DNA of 64,000 bases from Burkholderiales bacterium (GTDB lineage: Bacteria; Pseudomonadota; Gammaproteobacteria; Burkholderiales; JAEUOS01), in the NCBI GenBank assembly GCA_965279115.1, contig OZ257137.1, forward strand, positions 1,941,217-2,005,216, given 5' to 3'. A program made the position numbers and the translations under genes. Shown here piece by piece: positions 50,041 through 60,339 of this stretch (position 1 is the first letter of the stretch; each line of letters begins with the position of its first letter). The notes beneath the pieces were generated by a model. That model ran no database searches, had not been told where the DNA came from, and saw only the letters and a list, made by a program, of their open reading frames with translations.

Positions 50041-50793
50041 ATGCTTCAATCCAGAGCATTTCTCGTCACGGGCGCAGCCGGCGGGATCGGACGCGCTGCC
50101 GCCTTGGCCGCAGCCCGCGCCGGGGCAAGCGTATTTGCCGCGGACATTGATGCGGATGGCGCGGAACGCACTGCCTTGCTGGTCAGGGAAGGCGGCGGCC
50201 AGGCAAGCGCGCGCGGCTGCGACATGTCCAGCGCAACCGAAGTCGCGGCGCTGGTCAGCGCGGCGAAGGCCAGGTTCGGCCGCATCGATTGCGCCTTCAA
50301 CAACGCAGGCATCGAAGGCTCGCCGGCACCTGTGGCGGCGCTCGCGGAAGAAGACTTCGACCGCGTCATCGCGGTCAACCTAAAAGGCGTGTGGCTGGCC
50401 ATGAAGGCGGAGCTTGCCGTCATGCTCGAGCAAGGCGGCGGCGCGATCGTCAACACCGCCTCGGTCGCCGGGCTCGTGGGCACGCCCGGATACGCCGCCT
50501 ATATCGCCTCCAAGCACGGCGTGGCCGGGCTCACCAAGAGCGCCGCGCTCGCGTATGCGCCGCGCGGCATCCGGGTCAACGCGGTGTGCCCCGGCTTCAT
50601 CGAAACCGCCATGACCGAACGAATATTCGCCGAGCAGCCGGAACGCAAGTCGGGCCTTATGACACGCATCGCCCAGGGCCGCTTCGGCACGCCGGATGAA
50701 ATCGCCGACGCGGTGGTATGGATGTGCTCGGACGGCGCACGCTACATGAACGGCCACATGCTGGCCGTCGACGGCGGCTACGTGGCGATGTAG
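50041..50793 (+). CDS. Short-chain dehydrogenase/reductase
   Basis: TGAAGGIG, NNAG, YIASKHG (YxxxK), VNAVCPG, VDGG. Confidence 0.92.
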   Translation: MLQSRAFLVTGAAGGIGRAAALAAARAGASVFAADIDADGAERTALLVREGGGQASARGCDMSSATEVAALVSAAKARFGRIDCAFNNAGIEGSPAPVAALAEEDFDRVIAVNLKGVWLAMKAELAVMLEQGGGAIVNTASVAGLVGTPGYAAYIASKHGVAGLTKSAALAYAPRGIRVNAVCPGFIETAMTERIFAEQPERKSGLMTRIAQGRFGTPDEIADAVVWMCSDGARYMNGHMLAVDGGYVAM

Positions 50794-50808
50794 CCGCTTC
50801 GCAGCCCG

Positions 50809-51660
50809 CTAGCGCGGCCGGTCGCCCTTGAGGGTGACCCGGTGCATCGAGCGCCTGTGGCCATGATAGTCGTTGACCGGGTTGTGCAGCACGCAACGAT
50901 TGTCCCAGAACGCGATGTCGCCCACCTGCCACGTGAAGCGGCAGGTGAACTCCGGCTTGACCTGGTGGGCGAACAGGAACTCCAGGAGCGGACGGCTTTC
51001 CTCCTCGGTCATGCCGGCAAAGCGCATGGTGTGGCCGAAGTTGACATACAAGGCCTTGCGGCCGGTTTCCGGGTGGGTGCGCACCACCGGATGTTCGGCC
51101 ACCAGATCCTTGCGCGGGGCCGCAGCCGGGCCGTCCTTGATGCGGTCCTCGCGGGTGCGGGTCACGTCCGCCTTGGCCGATGCGTTCACTCCGGTCAGGC
51201 CCTCGAGCATGCGCTGCATCGCCGGTGAAAGCGCCTCGAAGGCCGCATAGCCGCTGGCGAACAGGGTATCGCCGCCGAATGGCGGCAATTCACGCGCGAT
51301 CAGCATCGAGGCCATCGGCGGGATTTCGAGGTACGCGGTGTCGGTGTGCCAGATGCCGCCGAAATTGACCTTCTCGTGCGCCAGCTTGAGCACAGGAATG
51401 ATCAGCGGATGCCCCTCGATGCCCTTGACGAACGGGTACTCGACCACCTCGCCAAAACGCTCCGCGAAGGCCTGGAAGGCGCCGGGCTCCAGCGGCTGAT
51501 TGCGAAAGAACAGCACGCCATGTGCAAGCCAGGCCTGGCGGATGGCGGCGATGGTGGCATCGCTGACACCGGCGACCAGATCAATGCCGGAGATTTCGGC
51601 GCCGACGGCCCCGGAGACGCGGCGGATCTGGAGGTTGTCGGTCATGGTCATGGCGCGCAT
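50809..51660 (-). CDS. TauD/TfdA family 2-oxoglutarate-Fe(II) dioxygenase
   Basis: GAEI.GIDL, WHTD, GGDTLF, HPVVRTHPETGRK, WDNR...H, R..L.GD.P. Confidence 0.92.
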   Translation of the reverse strand: MRAMTMTDNLQIRRVSGAVGAEISGIDLVAGVSDATIAAIRQAWLAHGVLFFRNQPLEPGAFQAFAERFGEVVEYPFVKGIEGHPLIIPVLKLAHEKVNFGGIWHTDTAYLEIPPMASMLIARELPPFGGDTLFASGYAAFEALSPAMQRMLEGLTGVNASAKADVTRTREDRIKDGPAAAPRKDLVAEHPVVRTHPETGRKALYVNFGHTMRFAGMTEEESRPLLEFLFAHQVKPEFTCRFTWQVGDIAFWDNRCVLHNPVNDYHGHRRSMHRVTLKGDRPR

Positions 51661-51764
51661 TGTCCCTGGTTTGGCTGTTTTCGCCGGATCAGTCGCCCGG
51701 CTGGTATCAGTCTTGCAATGACCTGCATGGAACGTCCCCCTCACACCTCCGGAAGGAAGCCACC

Positions 51765-52742
51765 ATGCTGTCAGTTTCGTTGTCCCGTCTTGCCGCGACA
51801 GCCATTATAGGATTGACCCTGGTCGGCGCCCACCCGGCGCGCGCGCTGGACTATCCAACCAAGCCGATCACCCTGATCGCCACCTTTCCCCCCGGCGGTG
51901 CAAGCGACATCGTCGCGCGCACCGTTGCGGAGCCGATGGTGAAGATTCTCGGACAGCCGGTGATCGTCGACAACCGCCCGGGCGCCGGCGGCAGCATCGG
52001 TGCGGCCGCTGTATCGCGCGCGCCGGCGGACGGCTACATGCTGGTGCTGGCCAATTCCTCGCCGATGTCGATTTCGCCCTTCGCCATCGAGAAAAGCCCG
52101 TACGATCCGGTCAAGGGCTTCACCCACGTGTTCAACATCGGCGCCACGCCGCTGATCATCGTCGCCAACCCCAAGGCTGGCTTGAACAGCGTGGCCGATC
52201 TGGTCAAGGCGATCAAGGCCAAGCCGGACTTCCAGTTCGGCTCCGGCGGTCCCGCCTCGATCGGCCACATCGTCGGCGAGATGATGAAGACCGAGCTCAA
52301 GGCCAACATGACCCACATCCCCTACAAGGGCGGCTCGCTGATGGTGCCGGACCTGATCGCCGGCACGATTCCGATCGGCTTCGACGTCTCCACCGCCTAC
52401 GTGCAACTGGTCAAGGGCGGGCAGCTGAAGGCCCTGGCGCTGACCGGTACCAGGCGCAGCGAACTGCTGCCGGACGTGCCCACCATCGTCGAGGCTGGTT
52501 TCCCCAACCTGGTGTCGGAGAACTATTTCGGCATTTCCGCGCCGCCGGGAACCCCGAAGGACATCGTCGACCGCCTGCACAAGGCGTTCACCGAAGCGGT
52601 CGCCCTGCCGGCGACGAAGAAAAAGCTGGAAGAAACCGGTGTGGTGATCCGGCCGATGTCGCAGGCCGAATTCACCAGCTACGTGGCCAAGCAGGCCAAG
52701 GACTGGGAACCTGCCGTGCGCGCCTCCGGCGCCAAGTTGTAA
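51765..52742 (+). CDS. Bug/TctC substrate-binding protein
   Basis: [28 protein letters not shown]. Confidence 0.9.
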   Translation: MLSVSLSRLAATAIIGLTLVGAHPARALDYPTKPITLIATFPPGGASDIVARTVAEPMVKILGQPVIVDNRPGAGGSIGAAAVSRAPADGYMLVLANSSPMSISPFAIEKSPYDPVKGFTHVFNIGATPLIIVANPKAGLNSVADLVKAIKAKPDFQFGSGGPASIGHIVGEMMKTELKANMTHIPYKGGSLMVPDLIAGTIPIGFDVSTAYVQLVKGGQLKALALTGTRRSELLPDVPTIVEAGFPNLVSENYFGISAPPGTPKDIVDRLHKAFTEAVALPATKKKLEETGVVIRPMSQAEFTSYVAKQAKDWEPAVRASGAKL

Positions 52743-52756
52743 GGCAAACGGCAAAG

Positions 52757-52778
52757 CCTGGCCGCACCAGCGGCCAGG
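52757..52778. terminator. Hairpin between convergent genes
   Basis: CCTGGCCGC-ACCA-GCGGCCAGG, a perfect 9-bp stem with no U-tract. Confidence 0.45.
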
Positions 52779-52786
52779 TGTGTTGC

Positions 52787-54304
52787 CTAGCCTGCAAGGA
52801 GGGTGCGCAGGGCCGTCTTCAGCACTTTGCCGGTTTCGTTCTTGGGCAACGCCTCGACGAAACGGTACTCCTTGGGCCGCTTGAAGCGCGCGATGTTGTC
52901 CAGGCAATGGGCATCGAGAGCACGCTCATCGGCCGGCACGCCCGGGCGGACCACCACGAAGGCCACCACCTCCTCACCCCATTCGGGGTGCTTGCGCCCT
53001 ACCACCGACACCTCGGCCACGCCGGGGTGGGTGAGCAGCGCCTCCTCGACCTCGCGCGGATAGATGTTGGACCCGCCGGAGATGATCAGGTCCTTGCTGC
53101 GGTCCTTGAGGGTGAGAAAGCCTTCCTGATCGAAGGCGCCAATGTCGCCGGTGTGCAGCCAGCCATGGGCCAATGCCTTGGCACTGGCCTCCTCGTTCTG
53201 CCAATAGCCGCTCATGATGACCGGGCCGCGCACGCAGATCTCGCCCACCTCGCCGGTGGGCAGGGGGTTGTCGTTCTCGTCTGCGACCATCACCTCCACG
53301 CCGGCGAACGGCAGGCCCACCGAGCCGAGCCGTTCCTCGTAGTTTGGATGGCCGGTATTCATGTGGATGGACTTGTCGGAAGCGGTGATGGTCATGGGCG
53401 ATTCGCCCTGGCCATAGATCTGCGCGAAATGCTGGCCGAAGCGCGCCATCGCCGCCTTGATGTCCGACACATACATCGGCCCGCCGCCGTAGACGATGGT
53501 CTTGAGTCCCGGCAATGCGCCGCCGTCAGGCGTATCGACCAGGCGCTTGACCATGGTCGGCGCGGCGAACATGGAAACACCGCGATGCTTGCGGCACAGC
53601 GCGAACACCTCGTCAGGTTCGAACGCACCCGACTCCGGCACCACATTCATGGCTGCGCGCGCCAGATGCGGCACGAGGTAGATGCCCGAGCCGTGCGACA
53701 TCGGCGCGGCGTGCACGATGCAGTCGTCGCGCCCCACCGTATCAACATCGGAGAAGAAATTGAGCGTCATTTCGACCAGGCTGGCGTGCGAGAGCATCAC
53801 ACCCTTCGGTCGCCCGGTGGTGCCGCTGGTGTAGAACAGCCAGGCCAGGTCGGCGGGCGCCCGCGGCACCAGCGCCACGGGCTCGGCGGCATACAGTGAG
53901 GCAAACGCACCGCTGCCGACATCGATCACGGCTTTCACCCGCGGCGCCAGCGCCGCACCTTCCTCGCAGGAAGTCAGCGTGTTGGCCGAAGCGAATACGA
54001 CCGCGGCGCCGCAGTTGTCGAAGATGAACCCGAGTTCCTTGGGATGCAGCTTGGAATGGATGGGCACGACGGTGAAGCCGCCATGCCAGGCCGCCAGGAA
54101 CAGCTCGAAATACGCGGGCGAGTTTTTCATCGCCAGGGCGACCCGGTCACCCGGCGCCAATCCGAGCGCCTTGAGGCCGCCGGCCAGGTGCGCGACGCGC
54201 CTTTGCAATGTGGCGAAATCGGCGACGATGCGTTCGCCGAAGGCCAGAGCGGGCGCATCGGGAAACGCGCGCGCCGCGCGTTCAAGATAAAGGGCGATGT
54301 TCAC
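52787..54304 (-). CDS. AMP-dependent acyl-CoA synthetase
   Basis: YTSGTTGRPKG, YGQGE, GWLHTGD, DR.KDLIISGGSN, KNETGK. GTG start at 54304 inferred. Confidence 0.9.
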   Translation of the reverse strand: MNIALYLERAARAFPDAPALAFGERIVADFATLQRRVAHLAGGLKALGLAPGDRVALAMKNSPAYFELFLAAWHGGFTVVPIHSKLHPKELGFIFDNCGAAVVFASANTLTSCEEGAALAPRVKAVIDVGSGAFASLYAAEPVALVPRAPADLAWLFYTSGTTGRPKGVMLSHASLVEMTLNFFSDVDTVGRDDCIVHAAPMSHGSGIYLVPHLARAAMNVVPESGAFEPDEVFALCRKHRGVSMFAAPTMVKRLVDTPDGGALPGLKTIVYGGGPMYVSDIKAAMARFGQHFAQIYGQGESPMTITASDKSIHMNTGHPNYEERLGSVGLPFAGVEVMVADENDNPLPTGEVGEICVRGPVIMSGYWQNEEASAKALAHGWLHTGDIGAFDQEGFLTLKDRSKDLIISGGSNIYPREVEEALLTHPGVAEVSVVGRKHPEWGEEVVAFVVVRPGVPADERALDAHCLDNIARFKRPKEYRFVEALPKNETGKVLKTALRTLLAG

Positions 54305-54354
54305 GATGAAGGGCCAGTGGTCGGGTTGCGTGGGGAGGTTGGTGGGCGCAGCGC

Positions 54355-55533
54355 CTAAGCGGCCAGAAGCCCCTTGCGTCGGCTCCAGTTGGTCACGGCA
54401 TCGATGCAGATCTTCAATTGCGCAGGCTGGTTGGAGTAGTAATGGGTGGCGCCCTCGATCTCCAGCCATTCGCGGTCCGGCGTGGCGAGCGCGGCGCGGA
54501 TGGTCGGGTTGTGGGTGGCCGGCACCGCGTCATCGGCCTGGTTGACGATCTGCAGCACCGGCGTGGTATGGATGCGCGCGGCGTTGCGCGGGCCGCGCGC
54601 GTTGGACTTGTCGTACGACCATTGCGATAGCCAGGAACGCAGCGTCGTGAAGCGTCCCATGCCGACCGGCCCCACATTGACGATGCGCGGGTCGCCCAGG
54701 TAGCACCAGTTGGGCTTGCGGCCGTTCGGATCCACCGACGCATCAATCCAGCGCACGTCGCACATGGTGCGATGAACCACGAAGGCGCGCTCGATCTCGC
54801 CGTCGTTGCGTGTCTTGAGCGTTGCCAGCAGGTCGGACGCCCAGGTGGTGATGCGCCGGTTCCGTGCGCGCTGCGCCTCGCGGAAACGCTCGACGAAGGC
54901 GGCGGAGAACGGCGGCTTGTGGGGGCAGGCCGCACTGTAGATGTCGAGTTCAGGGTCGCGACGGTCCGGGTTGAATTCATCGATGACCGACGGATCCAGC
55001 CATTCCGTCAAGGTCTCGGCGCGGCTCAGGTGGGCGGCGATGAAGATCACGCCGTCGGCACGCGGCAGTTCAGCGCCTGTCAGGTCATACGGGTCGCCTG
55101 CGGCGGTGTGGGTGATGGTCGGCTTCTCGGCTTCAGCCTGGTAGAAAAGCGACAGGGAGCCGCCGCCGGACCAGCCCACCAGGATCACCTTCCTGTAGCC
55201 CAGCGACTCTTTCGCGTGCTTGATGTACTGGCCGAGGTCGTAGACCACCTTCTCCATGATGAGCGCACTGTCGTTCTTCGCATAACGGCTGCCGGCGCAC
55301 AGCACATGCAGCCCGGAGGACGCCAGCGCGGTCGGCATAGGCAGGAGGTGCAGGGTGGAGGCCGGGTGCATGAAGATGAACAACGTATCCGAGGGCTTGT
55401 CGCGCGGCACCAGGCGCTGGCCCTCGAGCACGGTCTGCCCCTGGCTGCCGGAAAAGCCGTAGGTTTCCACCATGCCGAGTTTCTCGGCGAAGGAAATGAT
55501 CACGGGAATGCGGTCGAATGCGGGTTGGGTCAT
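54355..55533 (-). CDS. Alpha/beta hydrolase
   Basis: Nucleophile elbow GWSGGG, acid in ADDAVP, catalytic His in GATHYY. Confidence 0.82.
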   Translation of the reverse strand: MTQPAFDRIPVIISFAEKLGMVETYGFSGSQGQTVLEGQRLVPRDKPSDTLFIFMHPASTLHLLPMPTALASSGLHVLCAGSRYAKNDSALIMEKVVYDLGQYIKHAKESLGYRKVILVGWSGGGSLSLFYQAEAEKPTITHTAAGDPYDLTGAELPRADGVIFIAAHLSRAETLTEWLDPSVIDEFNPDRRDPELDIYSAACPHKPPFSAAFVERFREAQRARNRRITTWASDLLATLKTRNDGEIERAFVVHRTMCDVRWIDASVDPNGRKPNWCYLGDPRIVNVGPVGMGRFTTLRSWLSQWSYDKSNARGPRNAARIHTTPVLQIVNQADDAVPATHNPTIRAALATPDREWLEIEGATHYYSNQPAQLKICIDAVTNWSRRKGLLAA

Positions 55534-55567
55534 GTCTGGTCAGGCCTTGCTGCTGCGGGTTGGCGGA

Positions 55568-56518
55568 TCAATCGGGCTTCAGGCCCAGTTCCTTGTGGAT
55601 GCGACCCTTGAGTTCATAGTCGGCACGGGCCAGTTGCGCAAAGTCGGTACTCTTGAGATACACCAGCGGCACGCCCTGGCGACTGGCATGGCCCTTGAGC
55701 GTCTCATCCTGGGTGGCGACCTCGCAGGCCTTTTCCAGGGCGTCAATGACCGGCCGCGGCGTCCCCCTGGGTGCAAACACCCCCTGGTAGCCCGGTGGCG
55801 AACTCGGGTACCCCAGTTCGGTGACGGTGGGCACGTTGGGCAGGGCGGGATGGCGCCGGTCCCAGAACACCGCGATCGGCCGCACATCGGGACGGGTGGA
55901 AATGGCGCCGGTGGAATTGACCCCGAAGTCCAGGTCGCCTCCCAGCAGGCGCAGCAGCATGGCGGCGTCCCCGCGGAAGGCGAGGTCCTGCATCTTCACG
56001 CTGGCCTGTTTCGACAGTGTCTCCACATTGATGTGCGGTCCGGTGAAGACGCCCGCATGGCCGTAGTTGAGCTTGCCGGGGTTGGCGCGCGCCGCATCGA
56101 GGATGTCCTTCAGGCTCCTGTAAGGCGAATCATTGCGCACCGTGATGGTGAACGGGTTGACGAACACCTGGCACACGAAATCGAACGAATCGAACTGGTA
56201 GGGCAGGTCCTTCATCGTGTAGGGCAGGTTGGTGATCGGCGTGGTCGGCCCCACCAGCAGGGTGTAGCCATCCGGCCGCGCCGAAGCCACCTGGGTCGTG
56301 CCGATCCGGCCTGACGCACCCTCGCGGTTGATCACCACGAACTGCTGCTTGACCACATTGCTCATCGATGCAGCGAAGGCGCGGAACATGGCGTCGCTGC
56401 CGCCCGGGCCAAAGGGCATGATCAGCTGTACCGGCCGGCTCGGATAGGGCTCCTGCGCCACGGCCTGCATGGCGCCCAGAAGCGCGACTGCGCCACACAA
56501 CAACATGCGAATGCTCAT
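55568..56518 (-). CDS. Bug/TctC substrate-binding protein
   Basis: YPSRPVQLIMPFGPGG, NREGASG, PDGYTL, P.VPT..ELGY. Confidence 0.88.
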   Translation of the reverse strand: MSIRMLLCGAVALLGAMQAVAQEPYPSRPVQLIMPFGPGGSDAMFRAFAASMSNVVKQQFVVINREGASGRIGTTQVASARPDGYTLLVGPTTPITNLPYTMKDLPYQFDSFDFVCQVFVNPFTITVRNDSPYRSLKDILDAARANPGKLNYGHAGVFTGPHINVETLSKQASVKMQDLAFRGDAAMLLRLLGGDLDFGVNSTGAISTRPDVRPIAVFWDRRHPALPNVPTVTELGYPSSPPGYQGVFAPRGTPRPVIDALEKACEVATQDETLKGHASRQGVPLVYLKSTDFAQLARADYELKGRIHKELGLKPD

Positions 56519-56542
56519 GATCTTGCCTCCCGAAAAAGTGGA

Positions 56543-57493
56543 TCAGGTCGCCGCCGAAGCGACCACGCGATTGCGCAACAAGCCCAGGCCGCTGACTTCG
56601 AGCTCCACGACGTCGCCGATTTTCAGGAACCGGCCCAGCTCCAGCCCGCATCCTCCGCCGACCGTGCCGGAGCCGAAGAACTCGCCCGAGTACACGGTCT
56701 CGTCGCGCGAGACATGCGCCAGGATGTCCTCGAACTTGTGGTGCATCTCGCCACTGGACCCGCGCGACCATTCCTCACCGTTGACGCGCGCCACCATGGT
56801 GAGCGCGTACGGGTCGGGTACCTCGTCGGCGGTGACCAACCAGGGGCCCATCACGTTGGCGGTGTCGAAGTCCTTGCCCTTGGTGGGGCCCAGTTGCGAC
56901 TGCATCTCGCGCATCTGCTGGTCGCGCGCGGAGAAGTCGTTGAAGATCAGGTAGCCGAAGACGTATTCGCGTGCATTTTCGCGCTTGATGTTCTTGCCGC
57001 GCTTGCCGAGGATGATGCCGAACTCGAGCTCGTAGTCGAGCATCTTGCAGTACGACGGGCAGATAACGTCGGTGCCGGTGCCGACCACGGCGAAGCGGTT
57101 GCACTTGTAGTACACCGGTTCCTCGTACCAGATGCGCGGCACGTCCACCTTGGCCGGATCGGTCGGGTAACCGGTGATGCCGAACAGGTGGCGCTGGGTG
57201 CGCGCCTGGCGCAGGTGCTTCTCGAAGCAGAGGAAATCGCGCATCTGGCGCGGCTCGGGCAAGGGCGCCAGCAGGCGCACTGCCGCAAGCTCGTGGGTCA
57301 CGCCAGGCGCCGCGAGGCAGGCGCGCGCTTCGGCCAGAGCCGCGTCTCCCGCGTCGATCAGGGCCAGCATGTCGCGCGCCCAGGGCGCGCCGGCGCCGGC
57401 GCCGGCGGTGAAGTCCGCAATGCGGGTTTCGCCCGGCAGCATGGCGCCGATGCGCCGCTCGCCGGAGGGCAATTCGAAAGTCACCAGCTTCAT
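56543..57493 (-). CDS. Fumarylacetoacetate hydrolase family protein
   Basis: RDF.CFE.H, P.YYK, LDYELE, NDFSARD.Q, KGKDF, GPWLVT.DE, GSGT. Confidence 0.9.
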   Translation of the reverse strand: MKLVTFELPSGERRIGAMLPGETRIADFTAGAGAGAPWARDMLALIDAGDAALAEARACLAAPGVTHELAAVRLLAPLPEPRQMRDFLCFEKHLRQARTQRHLFGITGYPTDPAKVDVPRIWYEEPVYYKCNRFAVVGTGTDVICPSYCKMLDYELEFGIILGKRGKNIKRENAREYVFGYLIFNDFSARDQQMREMQSQLGPTKGKDFDTANVMGPWLVTADEVPDPYALTMVARVNGEEWSRGSSGEMHHKFEDILAHVSRDETVYSGEFFGSGTVGGGCGLELGRFLKIGDVVELEVSGLGLLRNRVVASAAT

Positions 57494-57509
57494 CTGGATT
57501 CCCCGCGGA

Positions 57510-58508
57510 TCAGTTGTGGGTGTGGCCGCAGTGCTCGCACGCCGCGGCGGCGGCCATGCGCTCGCGATGATGGCGCGCCATCAGGCCGAACAGGCGCGGC
57601 ACGTCGGGGCGCGCGTCATCGCCGGCGAACTCGCGGTACAGCGCGTTGACGTTGATGAAAATCCGCTCGCCGTCGATCCAGTCGCGAAAGGCGTCGAAGG
57701 AAATGTCGCGCGCCGCCTCGTCGTCTGTCATGCCGGCGTCGTAGCGCTTGCGCGCCTCCACCGCGAGGTATTCCAGATAGTGCTTGAGGGCGCGCACGCC
57801 GCTCTTGTCGGTGATCGGCCCATGGCCAGGCACCACCGTCTCGACGTCCCAGCCAAGGATCAGGTCGCAGGCCTTGATCCAGTTGCCCACCGGCCCCGCC
57901 CAGATCGCCGGATGGCCGCCGACGAACAGGATGTCGCCGGTGAACACGGTGCGGTCGCCCGGCACCCAGGCCAGCACGTCGCCGCGCGTGTGCGCCGGGC
58001 CCACATTGACCAGCCGCACTTCCTTGCTGCCGACCATGACCCGCATCTCGGATTCGAAGGTCTCGGTGGGCGGCGTATAGACGAGGCCGCTGAAGTCGAA
58101 GCGCGCCCCCATCATCTCGTGCATGAAGGCGCCCGCATCGCCCATCTCGCGCCAGTTGTTCATGGTGTGCATGAACTCCTCCGGTGGCCTGGCGGCCATC
58201 TCCTCCGCGCAGGCGCGGCTGGCGATGATGCGGCTGCCACGGACGAGCTGGTTGCCGAAGGTATGGTCGCCATTGGCGTGGGTGTTGACCAGCGTGCCGA
58301 TCCCGCCAGATGCCGGCAGCACCCGCCTGAAACCGTCGAGCATTTCACGCGTGAGCTTGAGGTCGAATAGCGTGTCGACCAGCAGGGACTCGCCCGAGTC
58401 GGTGACCAGGCCCGCGTTCGAATAGCCCCAGCTGCCATCCGGCAGCAGCCAGGCATGGCAACCGTTGCCAAGATCGTGCAGACCGCGGGTGTATTGCCAT
58501 TTGGCCAT
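57510..58508 (-). CDS. MBL-fold metallo-hydrolase (cyclase-like)
   Basis: SNAGL, NTHANGDHTFGN (HxNxDH variant of HxHxDH), AHT.GD, FTGD, VPGHG. Confidence 0.88.
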   Translation of the reverse strand: MAKWQYTRGLHDLGNGCHAWLLPDGSWGYSNAGLVTDSGESLLVDTLFDLKLTREMLDGFRRVLPASGGIGTLVNTHANGDHTFGNQLVRGSRIIASRACAEEMAARPPEEFMHTMNNWREMGDAGAFMHEMMGARFDFSGLVYTPPTETFESEMRVMVGSKEVRLVNVGPAHTRGDVLAWVPGDRTVFTGDILFVGGHPAIWAGPVGNWIKACDLILGWDVETVVPGHGPITDKSGVRALKHYLEYLAVEARKRYDAGMTDDEAARDISFDAFRDWIDGERIFINVNALYREFAGDDARPDVPRLFGLMARHHRERMAAAAACEHCGHTHN

Positions 58509-58678
58509 GATTGTCTCCTTGTATTGTCGGCGTCGTGACGCTGGTACGGCGCGCTTTGTCTGAAATTACCACGATCCAGCGGCCGCTTGGCGGAACCCGC
58601 ACCGCTTGCCGGGCGCCACACAATGGCCTATCGTGTCCGTGCTGCCCTCGGGCAAATTCATCGACCGACATCAGACCC

Positions 58679-59455
58679 ATGCTGACCTTGCACAACAACG
58701 CCTATTCCACATGCAGCCAGAAGGTACGCCTGTGCCTTGCCGAAAAGAACCTGCAATGGGAAGACAGGCAGATAAATTTCGCCAGTAGTGAGCACCTCGC
58801 GCCGAATTACCTGCGCCTGAACCCAAACGGTGTAGTGCCGACGCTGGAGCACGACGGCGCCGTGATCATCGATTCATCGGTCATTCTTGAATACCTGGAT
58901 GAGGTGTATCCGGATCCACCGATGGTACCGCGCGACACGGTTGGACGCGCCCACTTGCGCGCTTGGCTGCGCTATTTTGAAGAGGTCACAACACCCGCCG
59001 TCCGTCCGCCTTCGTTCAACCAGGCGTTCCTGAAGCGTTACGCGGCCCTCTCCGACGAAGCCTTTGCCGATGCGGTCAACCGGCGGCCATTGCGCAAGCG
59101 TTTCATCGAGAAGATGGGCAAGGCCGGCTTCGACGATGCAGCCCTGACAATCGCGTATGAAAACATCCTGCAGACCTGCAACCGCATGGAAGTCGCGCTG
59201 GCCGGCAGTCCCTGGCTGTTTGGTACGGAAACCCCTTCAATTGCCGACTGTTGCGTCGCTCCGTTGCTGGATCGGATGGAAGACCTGGGGTGTGCCTCGC
59301 TATGGCAACATCACGCAAACGTGCAGTCATGGCTTGCGCGGTTCCGCGCCCGTCATTCCTGGGCAGTCACGTTTTATGCCGGCACGCGCTTGTCGGAGCT
59401 TTACTCAGATCTTGGCGAGCGCCGGCGCGATCCGGCGGACCTGGTCACCTGCTGA
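58679..59455 (+). CDS. Glutathione S-transferase family protein
   Basis: [30 protein letters not shown]. Opposite strand to its neighbours. Confidence 0.88.
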   Translation: MLTLHNNAYSTCSQKVRLCLAEKNLQWEDRQINFASSEHLAPNYLRLNPNGVVPTLEHDGAVIIDSSVILEYLDEVYPDPPMVPRDTVGRAHLRAWLRYFEEVTTPAVRPPSFNQAFLKRYAALSDEAFADAVNRRPLRKRFIEKMGKAGFDDAALTIAYENILQTCNRMEVALAGSPWLFGTETPSIADCCVAPLLDRMEDLGCASLWQHHANVQSWLARFRARHSWAVTFYAGTRLSELYSDLGERRRDPADLVTC

Positions 59456-59473
59456 GGCACTTGCGAGCTGCCG

Positions 59474-60328
59474 TCATCGCGGCACTACCGGCTCACCCTT
59501 GACCACCGTGCGCCGCACCACGCGCGGCTCATGCGCGGTGTCGTACTCGGTGGCGCGGTGCATGGTGGCACGGTTGTCCCACATGACCAGGTCACCCGGC
59601 CGCCACACATGCTCATAGACGAAACGCGGCTCGACCGCGTGGCTCATGATGCGCTCGATCAGACCGCGGCTGGCAAGTTCTTCCATGCCCTGTATCTCCT
59701 GTCCGTGGCTACCGAGGAATATCGCCCCGCGACCGCTGGGTGGATGAACGCGCACCAGTGGATGCACAACCGGCGGCCGCTTGGCGCGCTGCTCGGAGGT
59801 CATGCCGGAATAGCCGGCCTTCAGGCGCGAGATGTGCAGGTCGTGCAGCACCGACAAGCCGAGGAAGCGCTTGCGCTCCGCCGATCCGAAGGCCTCGTAA
59901 GCGCCGATCATGTCCGCAAACAGGGTATGGCCGCCATCACGTGGCACTTGCTCGGCATAAAGCAGCGTGGCCAATGCCGGCGCTGCCTGCCAGGACGCGT
60001 CGGTATGCCAGAACAGCGTGCCCAGGTCCGGATGCACGGCGTTCGGCTTGCCGTCCGGGCCGATATTGGAAAGCTCGAAGATCTCCGGATACTCCGCCTT
60101 GTGATACTCATCGAGCACATGGATCTCGAGTTCGCCGAAATGACGGCTGAACGCGATGTGCGCGGCAGGCGGCAGGCGCTGTCCGCGCAGTACCAGGATG
60201 CGGTGGCGCTCGAACGCCTCGCGCAAGGCACGCGCGGTCGCGGCGTCCAGCGGCTTGGCGGCATCGACTCCCAGCGCCTCGACGCCGAATTCGCCGTTCA
60301 ACGGAAGAAATTTCACCGTGTTTCCCAT
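59474..60328 (-). CDS. TauD/TfdA family dioxygenase
   Basis: WHTD, GGHTLFAD, HPLVR.HP, W..GD..MWDNR..MHRA. ATG 60328 with GGAGG RBS. Confidence 0.9.
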   Translation of the reverse strand: MGNTVKFLPLNGEFGVEALGVDAAKPLDAATARALREAFERHRILVLRGQRLPPAAHIAFSRHFGELEIHVLDEYHKAEYPEIFELSNIGPDGKPNAVHPDLGTLFWHTDASWQAAPALATLLYAEQVPRDGGHTLFADMIGAYEAFGSAERKRFLGLSVLHDLHISRLKAGYSGMTSEQRAKRPPVVHPLVRVHPPSGRGAIFLGSHGQEIQGMEELASRGLIERIMSHAVEPRFVYEHVWRPGDLVMWDNRATMHRATEYDTAHEPRVVRRTVVKGEPVVPR

Positions 60329-60339
60329 CTCGCCTCCCA

